A stretch of 64,000 nt of DNA from Flavobacteriales bacterium (GCA_040377305.1 JBEIPA010000003.1:128001-192000), one strand, 5' to 3'. Numbered from the stretch's first letter, positions 12,549 to 23,417 are shown. Program-made: numbers and translations. The notes: generated by a model not told the origin, from the letters alone.

Positions 12549-13082
12549 ATGCTTAAACGTATCAGCGTTTTATTCATTCTGTTTGTGTTGCCTGTAATGA
12601 TGGGTTTTCAAACCACTCCTACAGACACTAACGCTCGCGTGAAATCCGTTTTCATTTACAACTTCACGCGTTATGTTGAATGGCCGACTGATTACCAGAG
12701 CGGAAATTTCATCATCAACATGTACGGAACCAACGCTGCAATGCTCGCTGAGTTGAACACGATGGCGAAAACAAAAACAGTGGGTACACAGAAAATCGAA
12801 ATCAGAAACACGACTACACTTGATGGTATCGGAAAGTGCAATATCCTTTATGTAACTCCGGATGTAACGACCCCGATATCAGATATCGTCGCAAAAATAA
12901 AAGGGAAAAGTACGTTGCTCGTTACGGAGAAAAAGGGATTTGCTACACAAGGAGCCGCGATCAATTTCGTGGTGGTAGACAACAGACAAAAATTTGAATT
13001 GAACAAGGCGAATGCCGAGAAATACAGTCTTAAAGTTAGTGCGCAGTTAGTTACACTTTCAATACCAGTTGAAGACAAATAA
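12549..13082 (+). CDS. YfiR/DUF4154 family periplasmic protein
   Basis: FIYNFTRYVEWP, INFVVVDNRQKFELN, LKVSAQL motifs; ATG at 12549 preferred over the track start. Confidence 0.85.
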   Translation: MLKRISVLFILFVLPVMMGFQTTPTDTNARVKSVFIYNFTRYVEWPTDYQSGNFIINMYGTNAAMLAELNTMAKTKTVGTQKIEIRNTTTLDGIGKCNILYVTPDVTTPISDIVAKIKGKSTLLVTEKKGFATQGAAINFVVVDNRQKFELNKANAEKYSLKVSAQLVTLSIPVEDK

Positions 13083-13086
13083 AACG

Positions 13087-14004
13087 ATGAAAAACAACGT
13101 AAGAAAAAGCGCAATGCTGTTGCTGCTGGGAGTTTTACTCTCGGGAGCTGCCGGACTGCAGGCGCAATCTTACTATCATCATGACCGTGCGTGGGAATTT
13201 GTGTTGTCGGGTCAGGTTGATAGTGCCAGAAAGGAGATTGATCTCCAGATGAAGGAGCCAGGTTCGGAGCGAGATCCGGAGTGCTGGTATACCTACGGCA
13301 TTGTGTACAATGAGATGTACAAGAAGTATGAAAATACGAATGTACAATCTAACTATCGTGTATTGGCTTTCAGCGCTTTCAAAACGGTGTTGGCAATGGA
13401 TACGGTTTCGGCCCGTGTACAGACCACTCGCGATTACATGAAGTATTATGCAACCCGTTTCTACAACGATGCGGTTTCTACACTGGATACAACGAATCAT
13501 GCGCAGTCTGTATCGTGCTACCGTGCATATCGTGAAGCTGCGGTTCTTGGTGATCCGAAATTCGATATCAAAAAGAAGGATATTGAATTCTATCTGGCTC
13601 TTGCTTCAACGTATACTGTAATTTACAATGTTGACAAGAAGAAGAACGCTGCGTATTTCGACTCTACGAAAAATACGTACTCATATGTTCTTACGCTGGA
13701 TGCAAATAATTACTCAGCTAACTATAATCTGGGCGTTCTATATTGGAACAAAGGAGTGGATCTGATGTATGATATTGATTACGACGATAGTCTCGGGGTA
13801 ATTTTCGATGTGCAGGATCACTCGGTTGAGCTTTTCAAGCAATCACTTCCATTTGCAGAGAAGGCATACCTGATGGAGCCAAAGCGCGAAGAAACACTCA
13901 TCGTACTTTCCGGAATTTATTACAGCCTTAACGAGTTCGAGAAATCGGACAAGTACAAAGAGATGTTAGATAATTTGAGGAATCAACCGAAGAAACCTGA
14001 ATAA
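13087..14004 (+). CDS. Secreted tetratricopeptide-repeat protein
   Basis: Signal peptide; TPR-like ANYNLGVLYWN, LPFAEKAY..P, LSGIYYSL. Confidence 0.75.
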   Translation: MKNNVRKSAMLLLLGVLLSGAAGLQAQSYYHHDRAWEFVLSGQVDSARKEIDLQMKEPGSERDPECWYTYGIVYNEMYKKYENTNVQSNYRVLAFSAFKTVLAMDTVSARVQTTRDYMKYYATRFYNDAVSTLDTTNHAQSVSCYRAYREAAVLGDPKFDIKKKDIEFYLALASTYTVIYNVDKKKNAAYFDSTKNTYSYVLTLDANNYSANYNLGVLYWNKGVDLMYDIDYDDSLGVIFDVQDHSVELFKQSLPFAEKAYLMEPKREETLIVLSGIYYSLNEFEKSDKYKEMLDNLRNQPKKPE

Positions 14005-14038
14005 TCGTAACACAGATTAAAACGCACGCTGCCCGCTT

Positions 14039-15829
14039 ATGAATTTTCGCTTTTCGATTGGTGCAAAGATTCTCGTGGGCTTCGGCGTGCTCATTTTTCT
14101 CGTTACCATCGCATTTTTCCTCACGCTTTTTACCATTCGCGAGAGTCGTGAAATCAATGACACCATTGCCAAGCTTTACACACCTTCTGTAGATGCATTG
14201 CAGGAAATGCGACTCGTAATTACGCGGTCGAAAACCTACATGACTACCTGGGTAAACGTTCCGGGTCCATCGGAGGATAAGATTAAGGTGAAGAACCTCA
14301 TTGATTCCGAGTATCCTGAAGTGCGTAACCGCATCAACACACTTTCTGAAGGTTGGGATATTGCTGATCGCGATCAGATCAAGTATATCTTTTTGAAATG
14401 CGACACGCTTTGGATGATGGATCACCAGGTAATGGCCGATCTCAGCGCATTCGAAAGCTATGATGATCCTTCTATCGTATTCATGGCACGCCCACGTGTA
14501 CTCGATGAAGACGGAGACATTACGGACGCTACACGACAGATCAGCGACTTGCTAGACTTTCTGATTCAGAAGCAATATGATGCCGCTTCGAAAAAGCGGA
14601 TGGAAATGCTCGACTCTTTCCGTCAGCTGCAGATTGTGGTGGTGTTGCTGCTTGTAATCCTTCCGCTGGGAGGAATTTTCATTGCCTTGTTGACTGCACG
14701 AACAATTACAAAACCGGTCCGCAACCTCAAGAATACACTTCTTCAAATGGCGCGCGGTGTACTTCCGAAAAATAAAATTCCGAATCGTAATGATGAAGTA
14801 GGAGAGATGTCCGTTGCACTCAACAACCTTGTTGATGGTATGCGGTTAACCACTGAATTTGCGCGAGAGGTGGGTGCGAATAACTTCGATTCCTATTATA
14901 AGCCGCTTTCAGATGAAGATTCATTGGGGCATGCGCTTCTGAAAATGCGTTCCGATCTTCGGGAGAATGAACGTGTACTCGAAGCGAAAGTTATAGAACG
15001 TACAGAGGAAGTTGTTCGGCAGAAAGAGGAAATCGAAATCCAGAATCGCAAGCTGGAGATTCTATACAAGCATATCACCGATAGTATCCGCTACGCTAAG
15101 CGCTTGCAGGATGCAATTCTTCCAACCCAGGCTACGATTGAGCGTTTGCTTCCTGAATCGTTTGTGTTGTTCAAACCAAAAGACATTGTATCCGGCGATT
15201 TCTATTGGTTGTTTGAAACACCAAAACGAATTTTCATTGCAGTTGTAGATTGTACCGGTCACGGTGTGCCAGGCGCATTCATGAGCATTGTGGCGCACAA
15301 CATGCTCAATCAGATCGTAAAAGAAAATCCGGAGCTTAATGCGGCTGAATTCCTGAATGAACTGAATTCACTTGCGGGACAAACAATCAATCAGCACTCT
15401 GAGGATTCAGCTGTTCGCGACGGAATGGACATGACGCTTTGTATTCTCGACAAGGGCACAAACATGGTTGATATTGCCGGAGCGAATAATCCGCTTTACA
15501 TTTTCCGCAATGAAAATCTGCAGGAATTGCGTGCTGATAAATTGCCGATTGGTTACCTCGATGATCGTCCTTCGAAGAAGTTCACCAACAACCGAATTCA
15601 ACTCGAGAAAGGTGATACGTTGTATCTGTTTTCCGATGGTTATGCCGATCAGTTTGGTGGACCGAAAGGCAAAAAATTCATGGTTGGGCAATTCCGTTCT
15701 TTCCTCAGCCAAATTCACAAAGAATCAATGAAAGATCAGTATCGTACACTCGATCTTACCATTGAGCAGTGGCGTGGAAACCTCGAGCAGGTCGATGACA
15801 TTCTCGTTGTCGGATTCCGAATTTCTTAG
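14039..15829 (+). CDS. Membrane sensor with 4-helix sensor domain, HAMP and SpoIIE/PP2C phosphatase (RsbU-like)
   Basis: Two TM helices, DEVGEM HAMP, SIRYAKRLQ, VSGDFY, DCTGHGVPGAFMS, DGMD, SDGYADQFGG, DDILVVG. Confidence 0.92.
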   Translation: MNFRFSIGAKILVGFGVLIFLVTIAFFLTLFTIRESREINDTIAKLYTPSVDALQEMRLVITRSKTYMTTWVNVPGPSEDKIKVKNLIDSEYPEVRNRINTLSEGWDIADRDQIKYIFLKCDTLWMMDHQVMADLSAFESYDDPSIVFMARPRVLDEDGDITDATRQISDLLDFLIQKQYDAASKKRMEMLDSFRQLQIVVVLLLVILPLGGIFIALLTARTITKPVRNLKNTLLQMARGVLPKNKIPNRNDEVGEMSVALNNLVDGMRLTTEFAREVGANNFDSYYKPLSDEDSLGHALLKMRSDLRENERVLEAKVIERTEEVVRQKEEIEIQNRKLEILYKHITDSIRYAKRLQDAILPTQATIERLLPESFVLFKPKDIVSGDFYWLFETPKRIFIAVVDCTGHGVPGAFMSIVAHNMLNQIVKENPELNAAEFLNELNSLAGQTINQHSEDSAVRDGMDMTLCILDKGTNMVDIAGANNPLYIFRNENLQELRADKLPIGYLDDRPSKKFTNNRIQLEKGDTLYLFSDGYADQFGGPKGKKFMVGQFRSFLSQIHKESMKDQYRTLDLTIEQWRGNLEQVDDILVVGFRIS

Positions 15830-16030
15830 GATTTTCAGCTCGTTAAGAGTTGTAGTAATTGAGATTCGCGATTAACCGGATTACAAACGCGTGGAATTCT
15901 GGTTTTTCCCACCGAAATCCCTTATTTCGCAAATCATCTTATCCTCATTTTTCCTGTTGCCCAGTCCCTCCTTTTTTGGTAATTTGGCGACAATCCGTGG
16001 TCACACACCAGCTATGGATTGCTTGGCAAA

Positions 16031-18568
16031 ATGCAGCATCTGAAAACCCTCCTGCTTGTCATCGTATTTTTATCTGTGAACGTCAGATTGAGTGCGATCA
16101 ACCCACCACCAATTAATGATACCGTTTGCGATGCAACCGATCTCGGAATCCTTCCGGTTCCTGGTCCGTGTCCATCCTATCCATATGGTGACACAATCAA
16201 TGTGAACGGCACAACGGACTGGGCTTCTTACAATACGTTTGATTTTTCTCCAGTGTCCTGTTTTTCGAGTGGTGCTCCTGATGTTTGGTACAAATTCAGA
16301 ACCACGGGCAACTACATCTACATCGAACTCTTTGGTTTTGGCGATTTAGATTCCATGTTTTGTAAGCTGTACATCAGTCAAGGTTCATGTCTAAGTCTGA
16401 TTCCCGCACATTGTGAAACAACCTTGAACGGTACAATCATGGCTTCCATCATGACTGCCGACATCGGTGGAGAATATTACCTGCAGATAGGAGGAAGTCA
16501 GTACGACGAAACCGGAAACTTTACGTTCAGTCTCAAATCATTCAACGACTGCGGCGATTGTGTCAAGAACGCACATGTAACGATGGATCCTTCACCGTGG
16601 TTCGGACGTTATGGTACAAGCGATACAGTTACCATGTGTTACACGGTCGATCGCTGGGATCAAACAACTGCATCACGTTTACATTCTGTAATTCCTCTTT
16701 TTGGAGATGAGTGGGATACAACAACGCTTGTTCCGATTTCTATGCCTTCAGGTCCATGGATCTGGGGCAATAATATTCCGACGCAGCTGGGTTCCTGGGA
16801 TGGATTTTATTTTGATCTCAACACTGATGGTGATCCAACGAATAATCTAGGACAGCAAGGAAACGTAACTACTTCCTGGGAATTCTGCTGGTCCATTTCT
16901 ACAAAACCGTATTGTACTGCTTACGATGCACATGTGGATATTCATGTGTTCAGTGATAACGAAACTGGAAGTGGAAGCTCAACACTAGCATGCACGGAAG
17001 CAATCCCTACGCATCTGTCAATGGCAGGTTGGTGTTGTCCTGATCCGATCGTCAGTATCACGTATGCCGGCGGGTGTAATCCAACTGCGGATATATCAGT
17101 TGATCCGGTTTCTGTTAATGCATCGGACACATTCGACATTGTGCTCTATGATGATTCAATGCACGTGTACACGTTTGCGCAAAACATTGTGGGAACTGTT
17201 GCATTCTCAAATATTCCTTCCGGAGATTATTTGCTCGAGGTGTACAATCAAACAACGATGTGCCCGAGTTTCCATCAGATACATATTCGTGAAGCATTTG
17301 AAATTGAAATGGAGCAAACGGTTGTTGGTTGTGGTCCCGGCAACGGTTCAGTAATTGCAACACCGAATAGTACCGGACCCTACACCTTCGTTTGGCCGAA
17401 CATTACAACATACAATGACTCACTTGCATTCAATCTTGACGAAGGTTACGTAACCGTGCAGGTCACAGATGGTGCGGGCTGCACAATCATTGATTCGTTT
17501 TATGTAACCGTCCTGCCAAGTCCGGGCGCTTATTTCGATTATCAGGATGCGAGCTACTGTCACAATGACGACACTATTCAGGTGTGGACACATCCTTCAA
17601 CGCCAGGCGGAGTTTACCAATTGATTTCACCAGCATCTGCAATTACTGTGAATTCAACTACTGGTACAATTTCATTGAACAATGCAACTATCGGAACACC
17701 TTACTGGGTAAAGATTCGTTACACCGTAGGAACCGTTTGCAGTGCGACTTATGTTGACTCGGTAAAAATTGTTCAGCAACCGTCTGCTCCAATTGCTTCT
17801 GGGCCACAGAACGTAGATTGGTGTATTGGTAATGCTCCTCCAACACTTGCAATTAATATTAACACGGGCTTTCCGTTTTGGTATGATGCACAATCAACAC
17901 AAACGGGTTTCGGATATTCATTCAGTCCAACGCTCAGCGGAAATACACCGCCAGGAGTTTATCTGTATGGATTTATTTACCTCGCAGACTTAGGCAGCGC
18001 ATGTTCCAGTTTGCCGACGATATTCAGTGTTACCGCACACAACAATCCATCATTCTCAATGGGACCAGATGTTACAATTTGTCCCGGAGATACTGCTGCG
18101 TTGTTGGTGGTAAGCCCGGGCGGAACGTACAATTACCAATGGAGTCCGGTACCCAATGTTGGTCCTGACAATTTTCCAATAACGGCCGCAGCACCTGGAG
18201 CAACGACAACCTATACTGTTGCAGTTACAGACGGAGCGTGTACACTCTCGAATAGCATCACCGTAATTGTAGATAGTTCTTCAACCTGCGGAACCGTTAC
18301 TACCCTGTACAATGGAGTTACACCGAACGGCGACGGTATGAATGATACATGGATCATTGAAGCTGCCTATAGTGCAACGAACATGACCGTATGCATATAC
18401 AATCGTTGGGGCGGTATGGTGTGGAAAGGAAATAACTATAACAACACAACGATCGTGTTTGAAGGACGTAACGGAAAAGGAGAGGATCTTCCGTCAGGCA
18501 CTTACTATTATACGATTGAACAGGACAACCGGGGAGCTGAAAAGGGATGGCTCGAACTTACCAGATAA
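16031..18568 (+). CDS. T9SS type-B cargo protein (CHU_C CTD)
   Basis: Signal peptide, PPIND..C..A / DVWYKF N-terminal module, [13 protein letters not shown]...IYNRWG C-terminus. Confidence 0.85.
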   Translation: MQHLKTLLLVIVFLSVNVRLSAINPPPINDTVCDATDLGILPVPGPCPSYPYGDTINVNGTTDWASYNTFDFSPVSCFSSGAPDVWYKFRTTGNYIYIELFGFGDLDSMFCKLYISQGSCLSLIPAHCETTLNGTIMASIMTADIGGEYYLQIGGSQYDETGNFTFSLKSFNDCGDCVKNAHVTMDPSPWFGRYGTSDTVTMCYTVDRWDQTTASRLHSVIPLFGDEWDTTTLVPISMPSGPWIWGNNIPTQLGSWDGFYFDLNTDGDPTNNLGQQGNVTTSWEFCWSISTKPYCTAYDAHVDIHVFSDNETGSGSSTLACTEAIPTHLSMAGWCCPDPIVSITYAGGCNPTADISVDPVSVNASDTFDIVLYDDSMHVYTFAQNIVGTVAFSNIPSGDYLLEVYNQTTMCPSFHQIHIREAFEIEMEQTVVGCGPGNGSVIATPNSTGPYTFVWPNITTYNDSLAFNLDEGYVTVQVTDGAGCTIIDSFYVTVLPSPGAYFDYQDASYCHNDDTIQVWTHPSTPGGVYQLISPASAITVNSTTGTISLNNATIGTPYWVKIRYTVGTVCSATYVDSVKIVQQPSAPIASGPQNVDWCIGNAPPTLAININTGFPFWYDAQSTQTGFGYSFSPTLSGNTPPGVYLYGFIYLADLGSACSSLPTIFSVTAHNNPSFSMGPDVTICPGDTAALLVVSPGGTYNYQWSPVPNVGPDNFPITAAAPGATTTYTVAVTDGACTLSNSITVIVDSSSTCGTVTTLYNGVTPNGDGMNDTWIIEAAYSATNMTVCIYNRWGGMVWKGNNYNNTTIVFEGRNGKGEDLPSGTYYYTIEQDNRGAEKGWLELTR

Positions 18569-18619
18569 TTGTCCGCAACAGGAATGAAAATTGCTTTAAC
18601 CCCCAATACGCTGAATAAA

Positions 18620-21600
18620 ATGAAAAAACTATTTACTCTTCTGCTTTTAGGCTTTTGTACGCTACAAGTATTCGCTCAGGCACCTGAAGGCATAAACTAT
18701 CAGGCTGTTGCGCGTGATGTTGCAGGAACAGAAATGCCGAACACGCCGGTCGATGTTCAGGTGCAAATTCTGAATTCCGCACTCGCAGTTATTTATCAGG
18801 AAGATCATCTCGATACAACCAACGCATTTGGATTGTTCAACCTGGTGATCGGACAAGGACAAAATCCTACGTCTTCATTTTCCAACATAAATTGGGCCAG
18901 TGGTCCGTTTTATTTGCGCATTTACATTGATGCAAATAACAGCGGGTATGTAAACATGGGCTACACCCAGTTATGGTCTGTGCCGTATGCACTTTACGCA
19001 AAAGAATCCGCGAATGGACCTCAAGGACTACCCGGAACAAATTGCTGGGATTTGGATGGAGATGGTGTGAATGATCCTGCAGAAGATGTAAACAACGACT
19101 CGCAGTGGAATGCACTCGATTGTCAAGGAGATAGTGGCGCAGTTGGACCGCAAGGACCACAAGGTGCGCAAGGTATTCAGGGTGTACAAGGAACACAGGG
19201 TGCTCAAGGAATACAAGGTGTACAAGGAGCAACAGGAGCAACGGGCCCGAACGGACTCGCATGTTGGGATCTCAACGGAAATGGAACTGGCGATGTTGGT
19301 GAAGACATTAACACGGATGGATTGTGGAACTCACTTGATTGTGCTGGTGCAGTAGGTGCAACTGGCGCTCAAGGTCCAACAGGTGCTCAAGGTCCAAGTG
19401 GAATAGCAGGAACAAACGGTGCGACTGGAGCAACCGGTCCTTCAGGAACAAACGGAGCGAATGGAGCAACAGGAGCTACTGGTCCTTCAGGAACAAACGG
19501 AACGAATGGAGCAACAGGAGCTACTGGTCCTTCAGGAACGAACGGAACGAATGGTGCAACGGGAGCAACTGGTCCTTCGGGAACAAACGGCACCAATGGA
19601 GCAACAGGAGCAACTGGCCCATCAGGAACGAACGGAACAAATGGTGCAACGGGAGCAACTGGCCCAACGGGTTCAAACGGAACGAATGGCGCAACGGGAG
19701 CGACTGGTCCATCAGGTACAAACGGAACGAATGGAGCAACAGGTGCCACGGGTCCTTCAGGTACAAATGGAACGAATGGTGCAACGGGTCCAACCGGTGC
19801 AACGGGACCGACTGGAACTTTTGCAATGGCAGGAGTATTTGGACAGACGCTTTATTATAACGCAGGATGGATTGCGACGAGCAATTTGTACAACGATGGT
19901 ATTCGTATTGGAATTGGTACCTCTTCTCCGAATGTAAACGGTCAGCTTGATGTGAATGGTGATGCATTTGTAAATGGACATCGCATTGGAAGAGGGGCCG
20001 GACTTTCTCAGTTCAATACGGTGCTTGGTACAAATGCATTGGGAAGTACGAATACGGGAACAGATAATACTGCAATTGGATTCAACACACTTCGCTTTAA
20101 CTCTACCGGTGGGCAAAACACGGCCATCGGTGCGTCGGCCCTTAATGCGGTTGTGATCGGATCTTCAAACACCGCAGTAGGATATGCATCTTTTGGTAAC
20201 AACACTAGTTCGTTCAACACGGGGTTAGGGGCTTCTTCCGGTGAACAAAACACAACAGGGAACAATAACGTTGCAATAGGAAACAGAGCGCTCTGGCTAA
20301 ATCAAACGGGTAACCAAAACGTTGCTGTAGGAAAAGACGCCTTAGTAAACACCACAGGATCACAAAACGTGGGCATTGGCTTCCAGGCGAATATTACCAA
20401 CACAACAGGTACAAACAACACTGCTATTGGTTATGCCGCAAGCGTTACGGTAGCTGGACTTACCAATGCAACTGCGATTGGTTCAGGTGCTCAAGTCTCT
20501 GCAAGTAATTCACTTGTTTTGGGCAGCGGGGCCAATGTTGGCATTGGAAACAGTGCACCCGCATTCAAACTGGATGTAACAGGTAACGTTCGTTTCACAG
20601 GTACAGCACAAATCGGAGTGTATACATTACCAAGTACTGATGGTATTGCCAATGCTGTTTTGAAAACAAACGGACTTGGAGTTGTATCATGGCAACCAGA
20701 CAATACCGGCACCGGAACAGTAACCGGAAGTGGTACGCTTAATTTTCTTCCGAAGTGGAGTTCTGCTACAGGACTCACCAATTCGATGGTGTATGATAAT
20801 GGGACAAGTGTTGGTATTGGAAATACTGCGCCAAGTGCCACTCTTTCGGTTGGAGTAAATAAGTTTCTGGTTAACGGAGCAGATGGCGATCTCAGTTTCA
20901 CAGACCCTAACGGATCAATTATTTTCCCAGCGAGTTCAGCAGGTAATCCGGCAATGATTTCCATGTTCGCAAGTGGTTCTGGAAATCCAGCTCGTATGGT
21001 GCTCGGACACAGCCCCGCTTTCCCTGACTGGGGCTTGATGTACGATGATGGCTTTGATAGATTTCATTTCACCAACAATGGAGGAGCGGGAGCTGCTCTT
21101 ACTGTTGATATTGGTTTTAGTGCAGTCGGAATAAACAATACTTCTCCAGCATATGCACTTGATGTAAATGGTACGACCAACACAGCAGGATTCATTATGC
21201 AGCCTGGTGCAAGTAGTGGTAAGGTCATGACATCAGATGCTACCGGTGTGGGAAGCTGGGAGTTTCCATTAACACCAGCAAAATTCGGTGAGCTTGCTTC
21301 TGTTTATCCGACAAACAATTCAAGTCAGTATAGTTATACCCCAGTGGTATTAACAATTACTCCGCAAAGCAGTGGAGTAGTTGTGTTAAACGGTACAGTA
21401 GGCTATAACTACAATTCTTCGTTTACAAGCCAGGTTGATTTTGGTTATTACGTTGCAACAACGCCTGCAGTGCCTAATTCCTCCACACCTCTTTCATCAT
21501 CAACGACTACCTCTGGCTATGCTGCAGCGGAAGGCACGGGCTTTACCAGATCCGTTGTCCCTCTGGTTTGGTCGTTCACAGTAGTTGCAGGGCAAACGTA

Positions 21601-21706
21601 TTACATCTATGTTGGAATGCTAGATGGTGGGCTATCTACTCAGACTTCCGGAAATATGGTGGCTCCAAAAGTTACCGCAACACTTCATTCATCGGCAGGC
21701 TTATAA
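18620..21706 (+). CDS. Secreted collagen-like fibre protein with beta-strand (NTAIG) repeats
   Basis: QAPEGINYQAVARD N-terminus, SVPYALYA motif, long Gly-X-Y tracts, NTAIG/NVAIG repeats, GIGxxxPxxKLDV modules; ATG 18620. Confidence 0.85.
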   Translation: MKKLFTLLLLGFCTLQVFAQAPEGINYQAVARDVAGTEMPNTPVDVQVQILNSALAVIYQEDHLDTTNAFGLFNLVIGQGQNPTSSFSNINWASGPFYLRIYIDANNSGYVNMGYTQLWSVPYALYAKESANGPQGLPGTNCWDLDGDGVNDPAEDVNNDSQWNALDCQGDSGAVGPQGPQGAQGIQGVQGTQGAQGIQGVQGATGATGPNGLACWDLNGNGTGDVGEDINTDGLWNSLDCAGAVGATGAQGPTGAQGPSGIAGTNGATGATGPSGTNGANGATGATGPSGTNGTNGATGATGPSGTNGTNGATGATGPSGTNGTNGATGATGPSGTNGTNGATGATGPTGSNGTNGATGATGPSGTNGTNGATGATGPSGTNGTNGATGPTGATGPTGTFAMAGVFGQTLYYNAGWIATSNLYNDGIRIGIGTSSPNVNGQLDVNGDAFVNGHRIGRGAGLSQFNTVLGTNALGSTNTGTDNTAIGFNTLRFNSTGGQNTAIGASALNAVVIGSSNTAVGYASFGNNTSSFNTGLGASSGEQNTTGNNNVAIGNRALWLNQTGNQNVAVGKDALVNTTGSQNVGIGFQANITNTTGTNNTAIGYAASVTVAGLTNATAIGSGAQVSASNSLVLGSGANVGIGNSAPAFKLDVTGNVRFTGTAQIGVYTLPSTDGIANAVLKTNGLGVVSWQPDNTGTGTVTGSGTLNFLPKWSSATGLTNSMVYDNGTSVGIGNTAPSATLSVGVNKFLVNGADGDLSFTDPNGSIIFPASSAGNPAMISMFASGSGNPARMVLGHSPAFPDWGLMYDDGFDRFHFTNNGGAGAALTVDIGFSAVGINNTSPAYALDVNGTTNTAGFIMQPGASSGKVMTSDATGVGSWEFPLTPAKFGELASVYPTNNSSQYSYTPVVLTITPQSSGVVVLNGTVGYNYNSSFTSQVDFGYYVATTPAVPNSSTPLSSSTTTSGYAAAEGTGFTRSVVPLVWSFTVVAGQTYYIYVGMLDGGLSTQTSGNMVAPKVTATLHSSAGL
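19391..19795 (+). repeat. Nine in-frame 45-bp tandem units encoding GPSGTNGTNGATGAT (collagen)
   Basis: Counted from the translation; units differ mainly at synonymous positions. Confidence 0.9.
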
Positions 21707-21716
21707 TGTATTGAAC

Positions 21717-22451
21717 ATGAAAAAAATATTCTTCATATTCTCTGTGACCATTGCGGTGCATCTAAATGCGCAACAGGTCGGTTCACTTACTCCTGTGCTC
21801 ATTGGCAGTAGCGGAAATTATTCCACCGGAGGAAACATCACATTGTCGTCTTCGGTAGGAGAGTGTATCGTTCCAACAACACAAGCGGGTCCGATTATCC
21901 TCACACAGGGATTTCAGCAACCATCTGTAAACGGAACTTTGTCTTTGCAGAGTACAGTCAGTTATTTCAACTCGACTTGTCTGGGTGCGAATGACGGTGT
22001 TGCAACATTATCTGCCACTGGTGGATCTGCACCTTACACGTACATCTGGAGCTCCGGTTCCGGAGATACACTGCAGTCAGTTGACAGTCTCGCTCCGGGG
22101 AATTACACAGTAACTGTTATAGATGCGGGAAACTTATCGCAGACGCACACCTTCACTGTAATTGACGGAACTGATATCTGCGGAATTGTTACTTACACCG
22201 GTTTCAGTCCAAATGGTGATGGACAAAACGACGTATGGGTAGTTGATTATCTAGAATTGCACCAGCCGAATGAAGTGGAAATTTATAATCGCTGGGGTGG
22301 AATGGTATGGCGCGGAACCAACTACGACAACGTGAATGTGGTTTGGAACGGTCGCACCCAGGATCAAACAGAATTACCCGATGGTACATACTATTGGATT
22401 ATCAAAGTAGATGGAGCAGTAACGAAAGGATGGGTCGAGTTGACTCATTAA
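21717..22451 (+). CDS. Small T9SS type-B cargo protein (SprB repeat + CHU_C)
   Basis: LSSSVGE..LTQGFQQP N-module, GGSAPYTYIW, FSPNGDGQND..IYNRWG; ATG 21717. Confidence 0.85.
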   Translation: MKKIFFIFSVTIAVHLNAQQVGSLTPVLIGSSGNYSTGGNITLSSSVGECIVPTTQAGPIILTQGFQQPSVNGTLSLQSTVSYFNSTCLGANDGVATLSATGGSAPYTYIWSSGSGDTLQSVDSLAPGNYTVTVIDAGNLSQTHTFTVIDGTDICGIVTYTGFSPNGDGQNDVWVVDYLELHQPNEVEIYNRWGGMVWRGTNYDNVNVVWNGRTQDQTELPDGTYYWIIKVDGAVTKGWVELTH

Positions 22452-22455
22452 TCTT

Positions 22456-23397
22456 ATGAACTACAAAAAAACATTAACCCGGTTTGCTGTACTCGCGCTG
22501 TTTGCGTGTTGTGGACTCTCCCTGCATGCACAACAGGATCCGCAGTTCAGTCAGTACATGTTCAATCCATTGTCGGTGAATCCTGCTTACGCGGGTAGTC
22601 GCGGTGTGATGAATGGTGCACTCGTCTATCGTCAGCAGTGGATTTCATTTCCAGGTGCGCCGAATACGCAGGCACTTGCGATCAATACTCCGCTTCGCAA
22701 AGGGAAAGTTGGATTGGGTGCAGAACTCGTACGTGATCAGATAGGACCGAAGACAAGCATAGGTGCGTATCTCGATTATGCCTATCGAATTCCACTTGGT
22801 AAAGGAAAACTTGCATTCGGACTTGGAGCAGGAATTCTCAACTACCGTATCAATTGGTCAGACATAACGTATCGCGATCAGGCAGACGTGTATGCGCAAC
22901 TGGCGAATGAAGGTCACATGCTTCCTGATTTCAAGTTCGGCGTGTTCTTCAACAATAAAAATTTCTACACGGGGTTGTCTGTTACACATTTGAATCGTGC
23001 TCAGTACGGGGAGTTCATCGCTGATTCGCTTTCTCCAACCGCACAATTACGTCGTCATAACTTCTTTACCATCGGACGCGCATGGAAAGTCGGTGACAAC
23101 TTCACACTGAATCCATCGTTGATGGTTCGCGGTGTAGTTAGCACGCGGATAGTGAGTATCGATTTGAATTTCAATGTCCGTTATAAAGAAGCAATCTGGT
23201 TCGGTGCTTCATTCCGGACGGAAGGTGATCTGATTATCATGGCACAATACAACATCAGTGAAAAGCTGAAAGTTGGTTACTCTTACGATTCTACATTCGG
23301 AAGAATGAAAGGTTATCACGGCGGATCACATGAAATCATGATTGGCTTCGATCTCAACCTGTTCAACTCTGAAGTGATGTCACCACGCTTTTTCTGA
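22456..23397 (+). CDS. PorP/SprF family T9SS outer-membrane protein
   Basis: AQQDPQFSQYMFNPLSVNPAYAG, YRQQW, GYSYD, GSHEIM. Confidence 0.95.
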   Translation: MNYKKTLTRFAVLALFACCGLSLHAQQDPQFSQYMFNPLSVNPAYAGSRGVMNGALVYRQQWISFPGAPNTQALAINTPLRKGKVGLGAELVRDQIGPKTSIGAYLDYAYRIPLGKGKLAFGLGAGILNYRINWSDITYRDQADVYAQLANEGHMLPDFKFGVFFNNKNFYTGLSVTHLNRAQYGEFIADSLSPTAQLRRHNFFTIGRAWKVGDNFTLNPSLMVRGVVSTRIVSIDLNFNVRYKEAIWFGASFRTEGDLIIMAQYNISEKLKVGYSYDSTFGRMKGYHGGSHEIMIGFDLNLFNSEVMSPRFF

Positions 23398-23417
23398 TCT
23401 TTTTTGAAATACCATTT

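Noticed and set aside
19339-19967. Alternative-frame and antisense repetitive ORFs (MEQQELLVLQEQTER..., APVAPFVPFVP..., WSNRS...)
   Set aside because: Shadows of the collagen Gly-X-Y repeat in the real 18620-21706 CDS
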